64,000 bases of DNA, taken from the NCBI RefSeq assembly GCF_006345805.1, contig NC_043010.1, forward strand, positions 21,204,001 to 21,268,000, given 5' to 3'. A program made the position numbers and the translations under genes. Source of the stretch: Octopus sinensis (lineage: Eukaryota). A model generated the notes under the pieces. The model saw only the letters and a list, made by a program, of their open reading frames with translations, searched no databases and had not been told where the DNA came from. Shown piece by piece: positions 25,492 through 40,041 of this stretch (position 1 is the first letter of the stretch; each line of letters opens with the position of its first letter).

Positions 25492-26911
25492 TATTATTAT
25501 TATTATTATTGTTATTGAGGGTGTTAGGTTGATTAGAATGATTAGAACTTGGGGCAAAAATGTTACATGTTATTTGTTCCAGCACTTTACAATTCTGAAT
25601 TCAAATCCCACCTAGATCAACTTTGCCTTCCTTTCCATCCGTGGCCAATATAATAAAAGTATCCGTTAAGTATAGGGCACAATACAATCGATTATTCCCC
25701 TCCCCTGAATGTCAGGCCTTGGGTTTGGAATTGCATGTTAGCACACATCTGGTGTCGCTAACGTGACTTCAAACGTTGTTACTGAATTTTCTATTTTTGT
25801 CGAATTGATGTGATATTAGGAGCTGTAAAGTTGTTTGTGTTATAACAGCAGCGATATTAGATATTAATGAAGTAGTTTATAATATTGTAAATTAGATGTA
25901 GGCTAAGCAGTGATGTATTAAATAAGCTAGGGGCATTTATATTCAAGACATTTGTATGTACTCACCGTATAAAAGACCATTGTTGCGAAAAGTCTATCAG
26001 GAGAGAAATTCTCCTTTCAGACAATGTGTGAAATCACATCGCGTTGGTCCATGAAAGACGTCATCTGACTACAGCATTCGCAGATCACAAATATATCATT
26101 ACGAACGTATTAAGTATAACAGTACACACTTCTATCTTAATCCTCTCTGCTTAGCGCGTCTTTTATTAATTATTTCCAGTTTCACAAAGTTTTGCGTACA
26201 ACTGGAAATTTATAATTCGTTGCTCAAACATAACTATTGAAGTCCTTAGCAGGCTTTGAGCGGCGGATTTTTGCGAGTTGCTGCTGAGGTGTAGCTACAT
26301 AGAAGGCATTAGGAGGAATGAAGCTGTGTTTTTTTTACCTGTACTTTATATCTAGCTGTTGCCATGTAACTTTCACCATCCACGGTAGGTTGAATACAGT
26401 TCAGTTGCCTATGCTTAGGTAGAATTCTCGTATATATATATATATCCAAGCTCTCAGTCCTAAGGTATCGATTTCATTGCTAAATCATTAATAAATCAAT
26501 TATAGATAAAAAAAAAAACACACATTAACAATATTAGCGAATTCTAACCTAGCTCTAGGTAAGAGTGAAAAATCAAAGGAAAAAACCTTGAAAAATTTAT
26601 TTGTTAAAATGCGTAAAATAAACACACAGTACGAAAACGAAGTACTTGAATATGAAATTCTTTTTAAATTGATGTTAAACCTTTTATTTCTAAAATAACA
26701 TGTATTTGAACTGCGATTTCATAGGGTTTATGACTTGAAATTAAGTGTGTTGCATCTCTTCCGATGTTTTAAGAGTTCACCATTTTGGAGTGATACTAAT
26801 GTATTGAGCGTGAAGGGGTTAAAGTTGCAATTTCTTTCGGCAGAAGGATTTGAACTGATTGTGCAGAGAAACGAAACGAACTATGCCTGTACTCATATTC
26901 GCTTCCCCACG

Positions 26912-27001
<90 letters not shown>

Positions 27002-27995
27002 CATCATATATATATATGCACTCATAAATATATTCTTACGTATCCACCCACACACACACGTACGCATACATACGTAAATGCATATATATATATACATATA
27101 TAATATATATATATACATATATACATACATATACATATATATATATATACATTATTTTTTAACCTTAATCGTTTGTATACGACCCATATTTTTCACTATT
27201 ACATATATGATTCAATTTTTGGAAAGCTTTCTCGAAATATGAAACATATTTTTTGAAAATAATAATAAAACGACTCTCTCCCTCTCTCTTCCTCTCTGTC
27301 TCCTTTTCTTCCTTCTCTATTTCTCTGTCAAATAATAATAATGATAATAAATAAATGAAAGGAAAAAACCAAACGAAATAAAAAGCAGGGAATAAAATAT
27401 GAAGCCACGTAAAATTGCTTTCATCTTCGAAATACACATTTATTGATTTTTCATTATTTTGTAATATTGAATATTTGAGGAACACTGAATTAAAGTTGCA
27501 ATGTTCTTACAGACTTTTAAATGAAAAACGCCATTCGATCGTAAAGTTTCCAGGTAAACAATATTATTAATGTTGGAAGTGAGGGGAAATAAATATAAAA
27601 TTAATAAATAACATATCGACAGGAAATGCTCTTCTCTGTGCAGAATATTTTTTAAATTTATGTATTTATGAAATACTTTTCATTTATCAAATGTATTTGA
27701 TCTCGTTTTAATAGCAAAGGTTTAGTTATTCAGCTCAGACCGACTGCGCGGTTTTGTTAAGGAAGTCTTACGTGAAAAACTGCGAAAGGATTGTTGGTTC
27801 CCTTAGGAATTATTCCTCTAAGACAACCTTAAATGCTTTACCAATAGCCTACTATTCTGATGTAGAAAATATTAATGGAGCATGCATAATTAATTGGGAT
27901 AATATAATATATATATATAATATATATATGTCGGTCCCGGTTGATTCGGGTTAACCACAGTAGATAGGTACTCAATACATAGTAGAGTAAAATTA

Positions 27996-29431
27996 ATTTA
28001 TTATATAGAAGGAGCTTCTACAGGACTAGAACTGTTCATTCAAGAGAAATCTTCAGGAAGCTAGTTAACAGAATTGTATTGGCATTTATACATTTAGGCA
28101 GGTTTAAAGGGGTGTTGGTGGGGGACTTTTTTGGGGTAGGCATAGCGCAAAATATCATACTTGGGGGAGTGGTCAAGGAGTCAGTGTTAAATTAGATAGA
28201 AGAATAAATAAAAAAATAAAAAAATATATAAAAAATATATAAAAATACATATAAAAAAAGGGAATAGAGTTTTAGGTAAATAAGGAGATTCTCACTTATA
28301 CCTATGCACATATGTATACATATATACACACACATACAAACATATATACATATACATACACACATACGTACACACACACATATATACATATATATACACT
28401 TACACATACATATACATATCTACACATACACATATATGTATACATACACACATACACACACTCACATGCATACACGTATACACACATGTATATATACACA
28501 CACGACACACAATACATATACACACAGAAAAATATATACACATACACACACATACTCACATACACGCATACACACACATATCCACACACATATGCACACA
28601 CAGCACACTAGTCCCTATATACACATATATACACATACACACACATATACACACACATACATATACATACATATTATTATATATATATATATATTATAAT
28701 TATATATATATATATATATATATATACTATGTGTACCTATGCATACCTACACATACACACATATATATACACATACAAATACAGACCCATTCCCTAATTT
28801 TAATTTTATTATCCTCATTTATTACTTTTGTTATCTTTGATCGCTGGTCACAAACATCTTGGCTATGACAGCCAGTCCATTTATCTGTCTACTGGAAAAC
28901 AAGCACTCATTTACTCACGCACACTCTTTAGCACGTACACTCACTCATTCGCACACTCATACACATACACGCACGCACGCGTTATATTCATACATACATA
29001 CATCTACATACATTCACGTATATACACATACGTACGCGTACCTACAGATTCATGTCTAGCCTCTTAGAAGGCTAGTCTATACATATACACCAATAAATAT
29101 AAATACACACACATACATATACACCTACATACAAATACATACATGTATATATATATACATATACATACATATTCACATATATATACATACATATATATAT
29201 ACATATATATATATATATACATATACATACATATACACATATACATATATATATATATACATATACACACACAACACACATACATATATACACACATACA
29301 CATACATACGTATACATACATTTATACACATACACACACCCACACGTATACATATACGTACATATATATACGCGCATGCATACACATACAAATACATACA
29401 CATATCGCATATACATATACATACATACCAT

Positions 29432-29473
<42 letters not shown>

Positions 29474-29905
29474 CATACACACACATACATATACATACAT
29501 ACATATACAAATATACGCACACACATACATACATACTCATGACACATACACGCACATACACATGTACATGCGTACCCATACACACACACACACGCCATCC
29601 ATATATACACATAAGTACACACATGCGTAAAAGTATACATATATCTATGCTTACACATACACACACGTGCTCCTTATATTCATACTTACATGCATACTCA
29701 AAAAAATAAGTTAAATAGTAAAATATATATACGCGCAGTTATTCATACATGCATACTCAAAAATAAATAATAAATATTAAGTATATGTACGTGCAGTTAC
29801 CTATTATATAGACGGATACAACATATAAACTTACACACACACATATATATATATATTATATATATATATTATTATATATATATATATATATATAGATAAT
29901 ATATT

Positions 29906-29950
<45 letters not shown>

Positions 29951-30090
29951 TACACACATATATATACATACATACATACATATATATATACACACGAGCG
30001 TACACGTATATGTACATATACACATGCACATACACACGCATATATACCATACATACATACACATACACACATATATACACACACACATAC

Positions 30091-30122
<32 letters not shown>

Positions 30123-30706
30123 TATATATATATACACACATATACACACACATATACATGTGTGCACATACATACATATACTTACACGCGCACACACACT
30201 TACATACATATATACACACACTTACACACATATATATATACATACACATATACATACATACATACATACATATATGCATACATACACACACACATATATA
30301 TATATACATACATACACATACACATACCTATACATATATATACACACATATATACACATGCACTACTTATATCTCTACATACTCGCATATACATATATAA
30401 TATATATATATATTATATATATTATATATATATACACACAACATACATACCTATAACATGTATATATACACACACATATATATACGCATCTACAGTTTGT
30501 ATCTACACTCACATACATGCACATATACATAACTCTACATACCTACATATACATCGACATATCGCGTACACTCATATATACACATATATACATATCACAC
30601 ACACATACATATACATATACATATATATATATATATAAATATAATACATAATACACGTATACACACACATACATATATATATATATATACATATATATGT
30701 ATACAC

Positions 30707-30745
<39 letters not shown>

Positions 30746-30881
30746 ATTATTATATATATATAAATATATAACATAACTACATACACACATACATACATGT
30801 ACATATACATATACATACACACATATACACACACATACATATATCAACAATTGAGGGTAAAGTTAATTAGTTATTAATCAA
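27996..30881 (-). repeat. Left arm of a large inverted repeat (inverted copy of a PLE terminal repeat)
   Basis: 27996-29460 is the reverse complement of about 40053-41450; 29470-30881 is the reverse complement of 31838-33176; the anchor 30841-30881 matches 31838-31878 at 41/41. Confidence 0.9.
28013..28062 (-). ncRNA. Type-I hammerhead ribozyme copy lacking one A of GAAA (probably inactive or an assembly error)
   Basis: AGCUUC-CUGAAGA-UUUCUCUUGAAU-GAAC-AG-UUCUAGUC-CU-GUA-GAAGCU. Confidence 0.55.
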
Positions 30882-31319
30882 ACTGCCCTGATAAAACCAC
30901 CTGCCCCCTCAACAACAACTGCCTACAGAGGGACCTAGTATATACATGCGAGGTAAGATCAGGCCCTGACGATAAAAGAAAATCCTACATCGGAATGACG
31001 TCAAACAGCTTTAAGACCCGTTGGTACGCACACACACACTCGTTCCGGCGACAGGATAAATCCAACCAAACTACCCTCGCCGCCCACATCTGGTACCTTA
31101 AAGGAACTCCATCCCCTTCAGACCAAGTGGAAACTACTACAGAAGGCGCGCTCGTACACAGGAGGCCATACCTGCTGTGACCTCTGCATATCGGAGAGCC
31201 TAGAGATCTTGTTCGCCAAAGGCCCTCTCCTTAACAAAATCTCAGAACACTCCCCAAATTGCATGCATAAGAAGTATGTGAACTACAAGAACTATAGACC
31301 TACCCGGCAACCAGATTGA
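30881..31319 (+). pseudogene. 5'-truncated PLE GIY-YIG endonuclease (Naiad-like motif pattern)
   Basis: NCPDKTTCPLNNNCLQRDLVYTC...YIGMTSNSFKTRWYAH...LAAHIWYLK / KWKLLQKARSY...CDLC..E...LLNKISE...CMHKK; one frameshift near 31105; clade label is inferred. Confidence 0.85.
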
Positions 31320-31509
31320 TGACACCCCCACCACAAAACCCCCCCAATCCCACCGTTCCCCTAGCACCCCCCGATTACATTTTCTCCTAAGACCTTTCAA
31401 ATATTGTATGTGCACGCTTGTATATGTGTATCGTATATATGTATAGAAATGTATGGGTATAGTAGGAATATACGCATGTATTATGTGTGTGTGTGTGTAT
31501 GTATGTAAA

Positions 31510-31540
<31 letters not shown>

Positions 31541-31542
31541 GC

Positions 31543-31575
<33 letters not shown>

Positions 31576-31837
31576 TATATGTATATATGTATGTGTGTAT
31601 ATATGTGTGTATGCATATGTATGTGTATATGTATGTGTGTATGTATGTGTATGTATGTATAAAATATTATATAATTAGGGCTTAGTAAAATAAATTACTT
31701 TCCACACACACTGAACTTTCTAGAAATAGCAGCCCAAAAAGTTTTTTTAGCCTCTTCCACTACTTAGAGAATATTTTCCCTCAGACATTATTTACTCAAA
31801 AAATAATGGTCCTTTTACATACTGAATACTTGGTGAA

Positions 31838-31942
31838 TTGATTAATAACTAATTAACTTTACCCTCAATTGTTGATATATGTATGTGTGTGTATATGTGT
31901 GTATGTATATGTTATGTACATGTATGTATGTGTGTATGTATG

Positions 31943-31982
<40 letters not shown>

Positions 31983-32551
31983 TGTATGTGTGGTGTGTGT
32001 GTGTATACATATATATGTATATATATATATGTATGTGTGTGTATATGTGTTTATGCATATTTTATATATATATATATATGTATGTATATGTATGTGTGTG
32101 TGTATGTATATATGGTATTATATATGAGTGTACGCGAGTATGTCTGTATATGTAGGTATGTAGAGTTATGTGTATGTGCATGTATGTGAGTGTAGATACA
32201 AACTGTAGATGCGTATATATATGTGTGTATATATACATGTATATAGGTATATGTATGTGTGTGTATATATATATATATATGTATATGCGAGTATGTAGAG
32301 ATATAAGTATGTGCATGTGTATATATGTGTGTATATATATGTATAGGTATGTGTATGTGTATGTATGTATATATATATATGTGTGTGTGTATGTATGCAT
32401 ATATGTATGTATGTATGTATGTATATGTGTATGTATATATATGTGTGTAAGTGTGTGTATATATGTATATGTAAGTGTGTGTGCGTGTATGAGTATGTAT
32501 GTATGTTTGCACACATGTATATGTGTGTGTATATGTGTATATATATATATA

Positions 32552-32605
<54 letters not shown>

Positions 32606-33176
32606 GTGTGTATGTGTATGTATGTATGTATATATATGCGTGTGTATGTGTATGTTATATGTAGGTACGTAGAGTTATCTATGTGTGTATGTATTTGTAC
32701 ATGTGTTTAAAGTATGTATAATATATATAATATGTGTATATGTTGTGTGTATATATATATATGTATGTATATGTATATATATGTGTGTATATAGTATATA
32801 TATATATATATTATATATTATATATAATATATATGTGTGTAGTTTATATGTATGTATCCGTCTATATAGTAGGTAACTGCACGTACATATACTTAATATT
32901 TATTATTTATTTTGAGTATGCATGTAAGTATGAATATAAGGAGGCACGTGTGTGTGTGTGTATGTGTAAGCATAGATATATGTATACTTTTACGCATGTG
33001 TGTACTTATGTGTATATATGGATGCGCGGTGTGTGTGGTGTGTGTGTGTATGGGTACGCATGTACATGTGTATGTGCGTGTATGTGTATATAGTATGTAT
33101 GTATGTGTGTGGCGTATATTTGTAATGTATGTATGTTTTGTATGTGTGTGTATGTATATTATATATATATATATAT
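31838..33176 (+). repeat. Inner part of the right arm of the large inverted repeat
   Basis: Reverse complement of 29470-30881, including the unique anchor at 32840-32945. Confidence 0.9.
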
Positions 33177-34848
33177 AGCCTTGATATTAACTCTCACGCG
33201 ACTCTGCATCTTTCTTTCTTTCTTTCTCTCCCATTCCTTTTTCGTCTTTTTTTCCCCTCACTTAACTTGTCTCTTCCTCTCTCTCTCATTCTTCATTCTC
33301 TTCTCTCCCTTTTCACCATTCTTCATGGTCTCCTCGCACCATTCCCTTCTTCTCTCTCTTCCTCTTGCTCCTCCTCCCCCATTCCCGTCATCCATCTGCG
33401 ACGATACTTCCGTCGTAACTGCTATCCTGTCCTTTCTCGCCCGCCTTGCAAGGCTTCTGGTGACAAATTTTCCTCTCTGTCTCCACGATAATCCAGCGTT
33501 TACAATACTTTTTTCGTCTGGCGTTAACAGCCCTTCTTATCTGTTCTCCTTGTCTTGTCTCTCACTGTTATATATTTATTTTTCACTGTTTATATATATA
33601 TTTTTAACTGTTTATATGTTTGTACTGTCGTTACCGTCTTGCTTTTTTTTTTACCCCTCTGCGAAAAGATCTCAGAATTTTATTGATTTGCTTTTCGCGG
33701 GAAGGATATTTCTTCGAAGTATACGTCTCGCTTTATCCTTCGAAACGTTTAGTAGAGAAATCTTAGCGACTGAAGAAGGGGATTTTTCGTTGTGCTTATT
33801 GTCCTGTATCTCTCCCTTTTTTGCTTGTCTTGTTCCTTGGTTTGTTCTATGTGTTTCGTCTCTCTATGTGTGCGACGTCTTTTTGGTGTCCTGTACACTA
33901 TATGCGTGTATATGTACATGTAGAGGTAGGTACGTACATATATGTTTTATATATATGCATATATTCTATTTTATTAACATATTATACGACTAAACGCACG
34001 CACCCTACTAAGTAAGATGTTCTGTTTATCATTTAGCCTTTATTAACTCTCACGCGACTCTGCACTGTCTTTCTTTCTTTTCTCCCATTCCCTTTTTCGT
34101 CTTTTTTTCCCTCACTTAACTTGTCTCTTCCTCTCTCTCTCATTCTTCATTCTCTCTCTCCCTTTCACCATTCTTCATGGTCTCCTCGCACCATTCCCCT
34201 TCTTCTCTCTCTTCCTCTTGCTCCTCCTCCCCCATTCCCGTCATCCATCTGCGACGATACTTCCGTCGTAACTGCTATCCTGTCCTTTCTTTCTCGCCCG
34301 CCTTGCAAGGCTTCTGGTTGACAATTTTCCCTCTCTGTCTTCCACGATAATCCAGCGTTTACAATACTTTTTTCGTCTGGCGTTAACAGCCCTTCTTATC
34401 TTGTTCTCCTTGTCTTGTCTCTCACTGTTATATATTTATTTTTCCACTGTTTATATATATATTTTTTACTGTTTATATGTTTGTACTGTCGTTACCGTCT
34501 TGCTTTTTTTTACCCCCTCTGCGAAAAGATCTCAGAATTTTAATTGATTTGCTTTTCGCGGAAGGAATTTTTCTTCGAAGTATACGTCTCGCTTTTATCC
34601 TTCGAAACGTTTAGTAGATGAAATCTTAGCGACTGAAGAAGGGGATTTTTCGTTGTGCTTATTGTCCTGTATCTCTCCCTTTTTTTGCTTGTCTTGTTCC
34701 TTGGTTTGTGTCTATGTGTTTCGTCTCTCTATGTGTTCGACGTCTTTTTGGTGTCCTGTACACATATATGCGTGTATATGTACATGTAGAGGTAGGTACG
34801 TACATATATGTTTATATATATGCATATATTCTATTTTATTAACATATA
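33177..34848. repeat. Two tandem copies of a repeat of about 810 bp (33177-33983 and 34035-34848)
   Basis: Period about 858 bp; near-identical, differing mainly by 1-bp indels. Confidence 0.95.
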
Positions 34849-34864
34849 TATATATAATATATAT

Positions 34865-34909
<45 letters not shown>

Positions 34910-34990
34910 AAAAAGTTGAGTTGTGGGGTATCGCACGAGTGGGATTATATATGAAAAAAGGTTTGAAAATGCAATTTAAACGATGTTTAT

Positions 34991-35035
34991 TTACTTAACC
35001 GGTTTCACTCTTTGGTAAAAGATTGTCAAAAGTAA
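34991..35035 (-). ncRNA. Minimal type-I hammerhead ribozyme, U3-A8 variant, sense to the PLE ORF
   Basis: UUACUU-UUGACAA-UCUUU UACC AAAGA GU-GAAA-CCGGU-U-AAGUAA; perfect 6-bp stem I and palindromic stem III ACCGGU. Confidence 0.7.
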
Positions 35036-35579
35036 CATTGAATATTATGGGTTAAAAAAGTTTTTTACATAATTGTCACATTGAATATTATGAATTCAAA
35101 AATGTTTTTTTATACATAATTGTCACATTACATGTATAAATATATATAAAAAAGTTCAATAGTATGATGAGAATATTTGGAAAAATTGGCAGAAAAGAAT
35201 AAAACAAATATATTATTGGAAATTTGGTTGCGTTAATTATTGGTTGTCGCAAATGTCACATTACATGTATATATATACAGTCTTTGGTAGAAAGGACATG
35301 TTAAAGACATAAGGAAGTGTAATAGTTTGGTGAGAAAGCTTGTAATATTGACAGAGAAAATTAAAATGGATATTTTAGACATCTCAGAATATTTTGAATC
35401 GAAGGCGAGAATTTGTTTTTACTGACCTGTTTGTTTTAGCAGAAAAGTTGGATTGAGAGAAAAAAAATGTACCATGTACCCAGTTTGTTTATACTTTCCC
35501 TTCAAGCATCAGTGATTTTGGGGGTTATTGGGAGGTGAGTATGCGGGTGTGAATAGATGTGTCCGTGTGCCTGCTGGTC

Positions 35580-36900
35580 AGACAGCGTCTGTTTGTCACA
35601 CACATATATACACACACACACACAACAACAATACACACACACACATAGTATACACACAGACACCACATACACACAACACACACACACACAAAACACACAG
35701 AACACACACACACACAACGCACCCACATATATAATATATACACACAGCACACAAATATAACATGTATTTATATATAATATACACACATATATAACACATA
35801 CACACACAACACACACACACACACACACACACAACACACGCACACATATATACATAATATAAATATCACACAAATACACCTAGCATATATATACACATAC
35901 AATACACATACACAGCATGTATATAATACACATACACAATATATGCATGCAATATACATACGCAATACATACATATAATATATATATATATAGACAATGC
36001 ATATACATATATACATATAAATAGTGTTTACATACACATACATAGATATACCACATATACACACAATATACATACATACAATGCATACACATACACGTAC
36101 GCATACATATAATATATATAGACACACACACATAACATACATACACAATGCATACATATATATACACGCAACGTATATACATGTATTCATGTATATATAG
36201 CACACTTACAATATACATATATACAATGCACACATACACACATATATACACTTAATTGTACACATACATATACAGTACACATACATACAATATACATATA
36301 CACAATGCGCATGCAAATAATGCACATGTTTATACACACATATACATGAAAATATATATACACACACACACATACACACACACATATATATATATACACA
36401 TATATATATATATACATATACATACATACATACATGCACATACATATATTTTTTCACACACATACACACACATATATATATAAAATTCACACACACACCC
36501 ACACACACAAAATACAAACCTATAGCGTACACACTCAAATATATCTCTACATACCGCACACACACACAAACAATGTACTCCATATACACACATACCATGC
36601 ATATACACACAGCACACACACATATAATATATATAAAAACAAATACACATGTAAATACATACACACGTACACAATGCTCACACACACACACACATACACA
36701 CACACACGCACACAGTGCACACACACACACACATAATACACACGTGCACACACACACACACACAACGCGCGCACACACACACACATACACACACACGCAC
36801 ACACACACACACATACATAACACACGCGCACACACACAACGTGCACACTCACACACAACACACAACACCCACACACATACATAACCTACATATATATAAT
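35580..36900. repeat. (CA)n/(TA)n patchwork inside the 3' region of the PLE
   Basis: Direct reading. Confidence 0.9.
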
Positions 36901-37039
36901 GCATGCGTGTGCGTGCCACGTATGTGTGCGGTCAATGCCCGCTAGTGTGTCCTATGCGTGCCGATGCGCGCATGTGCCCGCCCGCACGATATGCTGTGAG
37001 TGTGCGCGTGCCCCTGTGTGCCTGCTCTGGATGTGTGCC

Positions 37040-39935
37040 CAGGGGGTATGTAGAGTATGTTTAGTTGTGGTCTGTATTTTTGAATAAGATTACTTTCCTT
37101 ATTTATCCGTGTTTGGTCTGTGGTGTTGTCCGAGCATTGGTATAGTGGGAAGACTAAGAATTTGGGGGACTTATTGTGTGCACAAAGGTCTAAGTGTCCA
37201 CTTAGTGGTATCTGTCTTGTGGAGGGGTCCCTCAGTTGTGTTGTCGATGAACTGTCATTCTTTCTCTGAGGGTAAGGCTCGTTTGCCCTATGTAGTCTTC
37301 GTGGCATCCTTCACACCTTATGACGTAGAGTAAATTTTTTGATGCGCACGTGAAATTATTTTTTATGATGAATGTGTGTCCCGAGTGGAACTTGTACGAC
37401 GATCCCTCAATGAGGTGGATGCAGGTCTTGCAATTGGGGCGACCACATTTTTTGATGGTGGGCGGTGGGTTTGTGTTGTGTAATTTTGCGTTGGTGAGGA
37501 GGTTTTTTAGGGATTTAGGTTGTCTCTTACTTTTTATTTTTTATGAGCTGCCAGTATTTTTTTCAGGCGTGGGTCTTGATTTAGTTGTGGAATGTTGTTG
37601 TATATAATAGTGTAAGCTTCTGCATTCCTTGGGTTGTGTGTTGAGAGATAGGGGAGGCTATTTACTGTACTGTGGATGTGTTTGGGTTTTCGTAGGTCTT
37701 GAATTGATTGATTTGGCCCGTTCTATTCCGTTGTCTACTAGTGATGCCGGGTAATGTCTTTCGAGAAGAATTGCCCTTAGTTCCCGGAGTCTTCTATTTC
37801 GTGTTGTGTCATTTGAGACAATAGTGCAGATTCTTCTCGCTAGGTTGAAGGGGATATTTTGTCTTTGTGTGTTTTGGGTGATTGGAGGTGAATAGAAAGT
37901 ATTGTTTAGAGTCAGTGGGTTTGTAATGGATGTCAGTTTCAATGTTGACGCCTTTTTTAATGATTAGGATGTCAAGAAAGGGAGTTGGTCCTGACTATAT
38001 TCCATTGTGAATTGAATGTTGTTATTAACACTGTTGATAAGGTTTTTGAAGTCTTTAAGTTGGTCGAGTGTGTGGGACCATAGGATGAGGCAATCATCTA
38101 AGTAGCGTTTCCAGTTCTCCAACAGGTATTTGTGGAAAGACTGGCCGTACTTATATTTGGATTTTTCATAGATATGTGATTCCAGGTAGGCCATCACCAG
38201 GTTTGCATAGGTAGGTGCAACTTTCGTACCCATTGCAGTTCCTGAGACCTGTCTGTAAGTGTTGTTGTGGAAATACATGAAGTTGTTTTGCAGAATAAAT
38301 TTGAGGCCCTCAATTATGAATTCTTTTTTAATTCTTTCGGGATCTCATTGGGATATTTATCCAGCCAGAATTTAATGGCTTCCAGTCCATATTCATGTGG
38401 GATTGTGGTTAAAGATTAATAACATCAAAAGAAAACGATTAAGGTATCTTTATCGGCATGTTTGGGGAGATGATTTAATAGGTCCAGGTCATCTCTTACA
38501 ATACTTGGAATGTGTTTCAGTATTGGCTTTAAGATGATATCTATAAAGTTGCTAAGTCTGTGTGTTTCACAACTTGGGCCTGCCACTATTGGTCTCAGTT
38601 TGAGATCAGTGGGATGTGTGGTATAGTGATGCAGGTTGAAGTGGACTTTTTGCAAGCTTCTGTGATAATTTGACTCTTGTGTATTTTTGGAAGCCCATAG
38701 AGTGTGCTGGTTTTGCAATTAAATTTAGTAATGTAGTCGCATTCCTTTGCTGTCAAGTCATTCGGTGTTGGTAAATGAGTGCCTTCAGTTTGGTCATTGT
38801 TTTGGATTGCTGGTAGTCGACTACTCTCTCATAGTATGTGGTATCCTCTAAAAGGAGAGATACAGAGTTTTTATATTGCTCAGTATTCATAAACGACCGT
38901 ACTACCCTTATCAGCTTCCTTTATTGTGACGTTATGATTGTCTCGTAGCGTATGGATGATTTCCCATTCTCTTTTACTGGTGTTGGGTTTGAGTTAGGTT
39001 GTGGGAGTTCACCATAAGGAAGTTTGAGATGTAATCGCAAAATTTGTCTAAGGTTTTGTTTTTGCCTTTTATGGGATTATAGTTGCTTTTGTTACGGACC
39101 ATTGATTCGTCGTTATTATTAGTTTTCCTGTCAAAAAATTCCTCTGTGAGGCGTAATTTTCTGCAAAAGTGTGAGATGTCATCCTGTATTCCCTCAGGTT
39201 AGGGTATTGCGGAGTTGGGGTGAATTTTAGTCCTCTTGAAAGGATTTTTATTTGTGGTGTCGACAGGTTTAGGTTAGAGAGATTCACTATTTTTGGTTTT
39301 TCGGGGTGGTATCTACCATCTGGTGTCGTGGAAACTGATGCCCTTGCCTAAAAAGGAATCCTGGGGGTTCTTCTATCTGCGGTATTTTGCTGTATGTGAT
39401 TCTGTCCCCCGTTGATATGTTGTCTGTTGAAGAGGTTTTGGTTGTTGTGATTCTGTCCCCCGTTGATATGTTGTCTGTTGAAGAGGTTTTGGTTGTTCCA
39501 GGGTCTGGGTTGTTGGTGTGGCCTCCTGGAAGAGTTTTGGTTATTCCAGGGTCTGGGTTGTTTGTCCTGGGTGTAATGTTGGTTCCTTAGAGTGGGTTGG
39601 AAATTACATTCATGGTTTAGAAGTGAATTCCTATATGTTGGGGGAGAACTCTGAGTTAGGAGCGGTTTGGGTTGGAATCTACAATCATAGTTCAGAGATG
39701 GGTTTCTAAGTGATGGGTAGGATCTCCGAATCTGGAACGGTTCTTGTGTGGGTTGGGGTCTACGTTGTCTGGTAAAGTTTTGTCTTGTGATGATGGGTGT
39801 CTCGGTTCTTTTGATGGGATTGTAGTGCTGTCTGTAAGTTCTGTTGTTGTTGTTGTCGATGTTAGGGGTGGTGTGTGTTCGGTGTTTTGTGGTTGGTTTT
39901 CTTTGTTTTTGGCGAGGGGTGTGAGTTGAGGTAGA
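37040..39935 (-). pseudogene. Penelope-like element ORF (Neptune-like): low-complexity N-terminus, RT, Cys linker, GIY-YIG; multiply frameshifted
   Basis: IVNLSNLNLS...LSRGLKFTPTP; RPIVAGPSCETHRLSNFID; QVSGTAMGTKVAPTYANL; RYLDDC (38093-38107); PFNLARRI; KCGRPNCKTC; NLLYVIRCEGCHEDYIGQT; RPQLN. Confidence 0.93.
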
Positions 39936-40041
39936 CTTTTTTTGAACCCATAATATTCAATGTTACTTTTGACAATCTTTTACCAAAGAGTGAAACCGGT
40001 TAAGTAAATAAACATCGTTTAAATTGCATTTTCAAACCTTT

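Noticed and set aside
33103-33993. 296-aa ORF, the longest in the track
   Set aside because: Pyrimidine-rich low-complexity frame inside a tandem non-coding repeat; the frame is broken by indels in the second copy; no motifs
28192-36945. Dozens of [12 protein letters not shown] ORFs here and throughout the window
   Set aside because: They are translations of (TA)n/(CA)n microsatellites, which lack stop codons; no coding evidence
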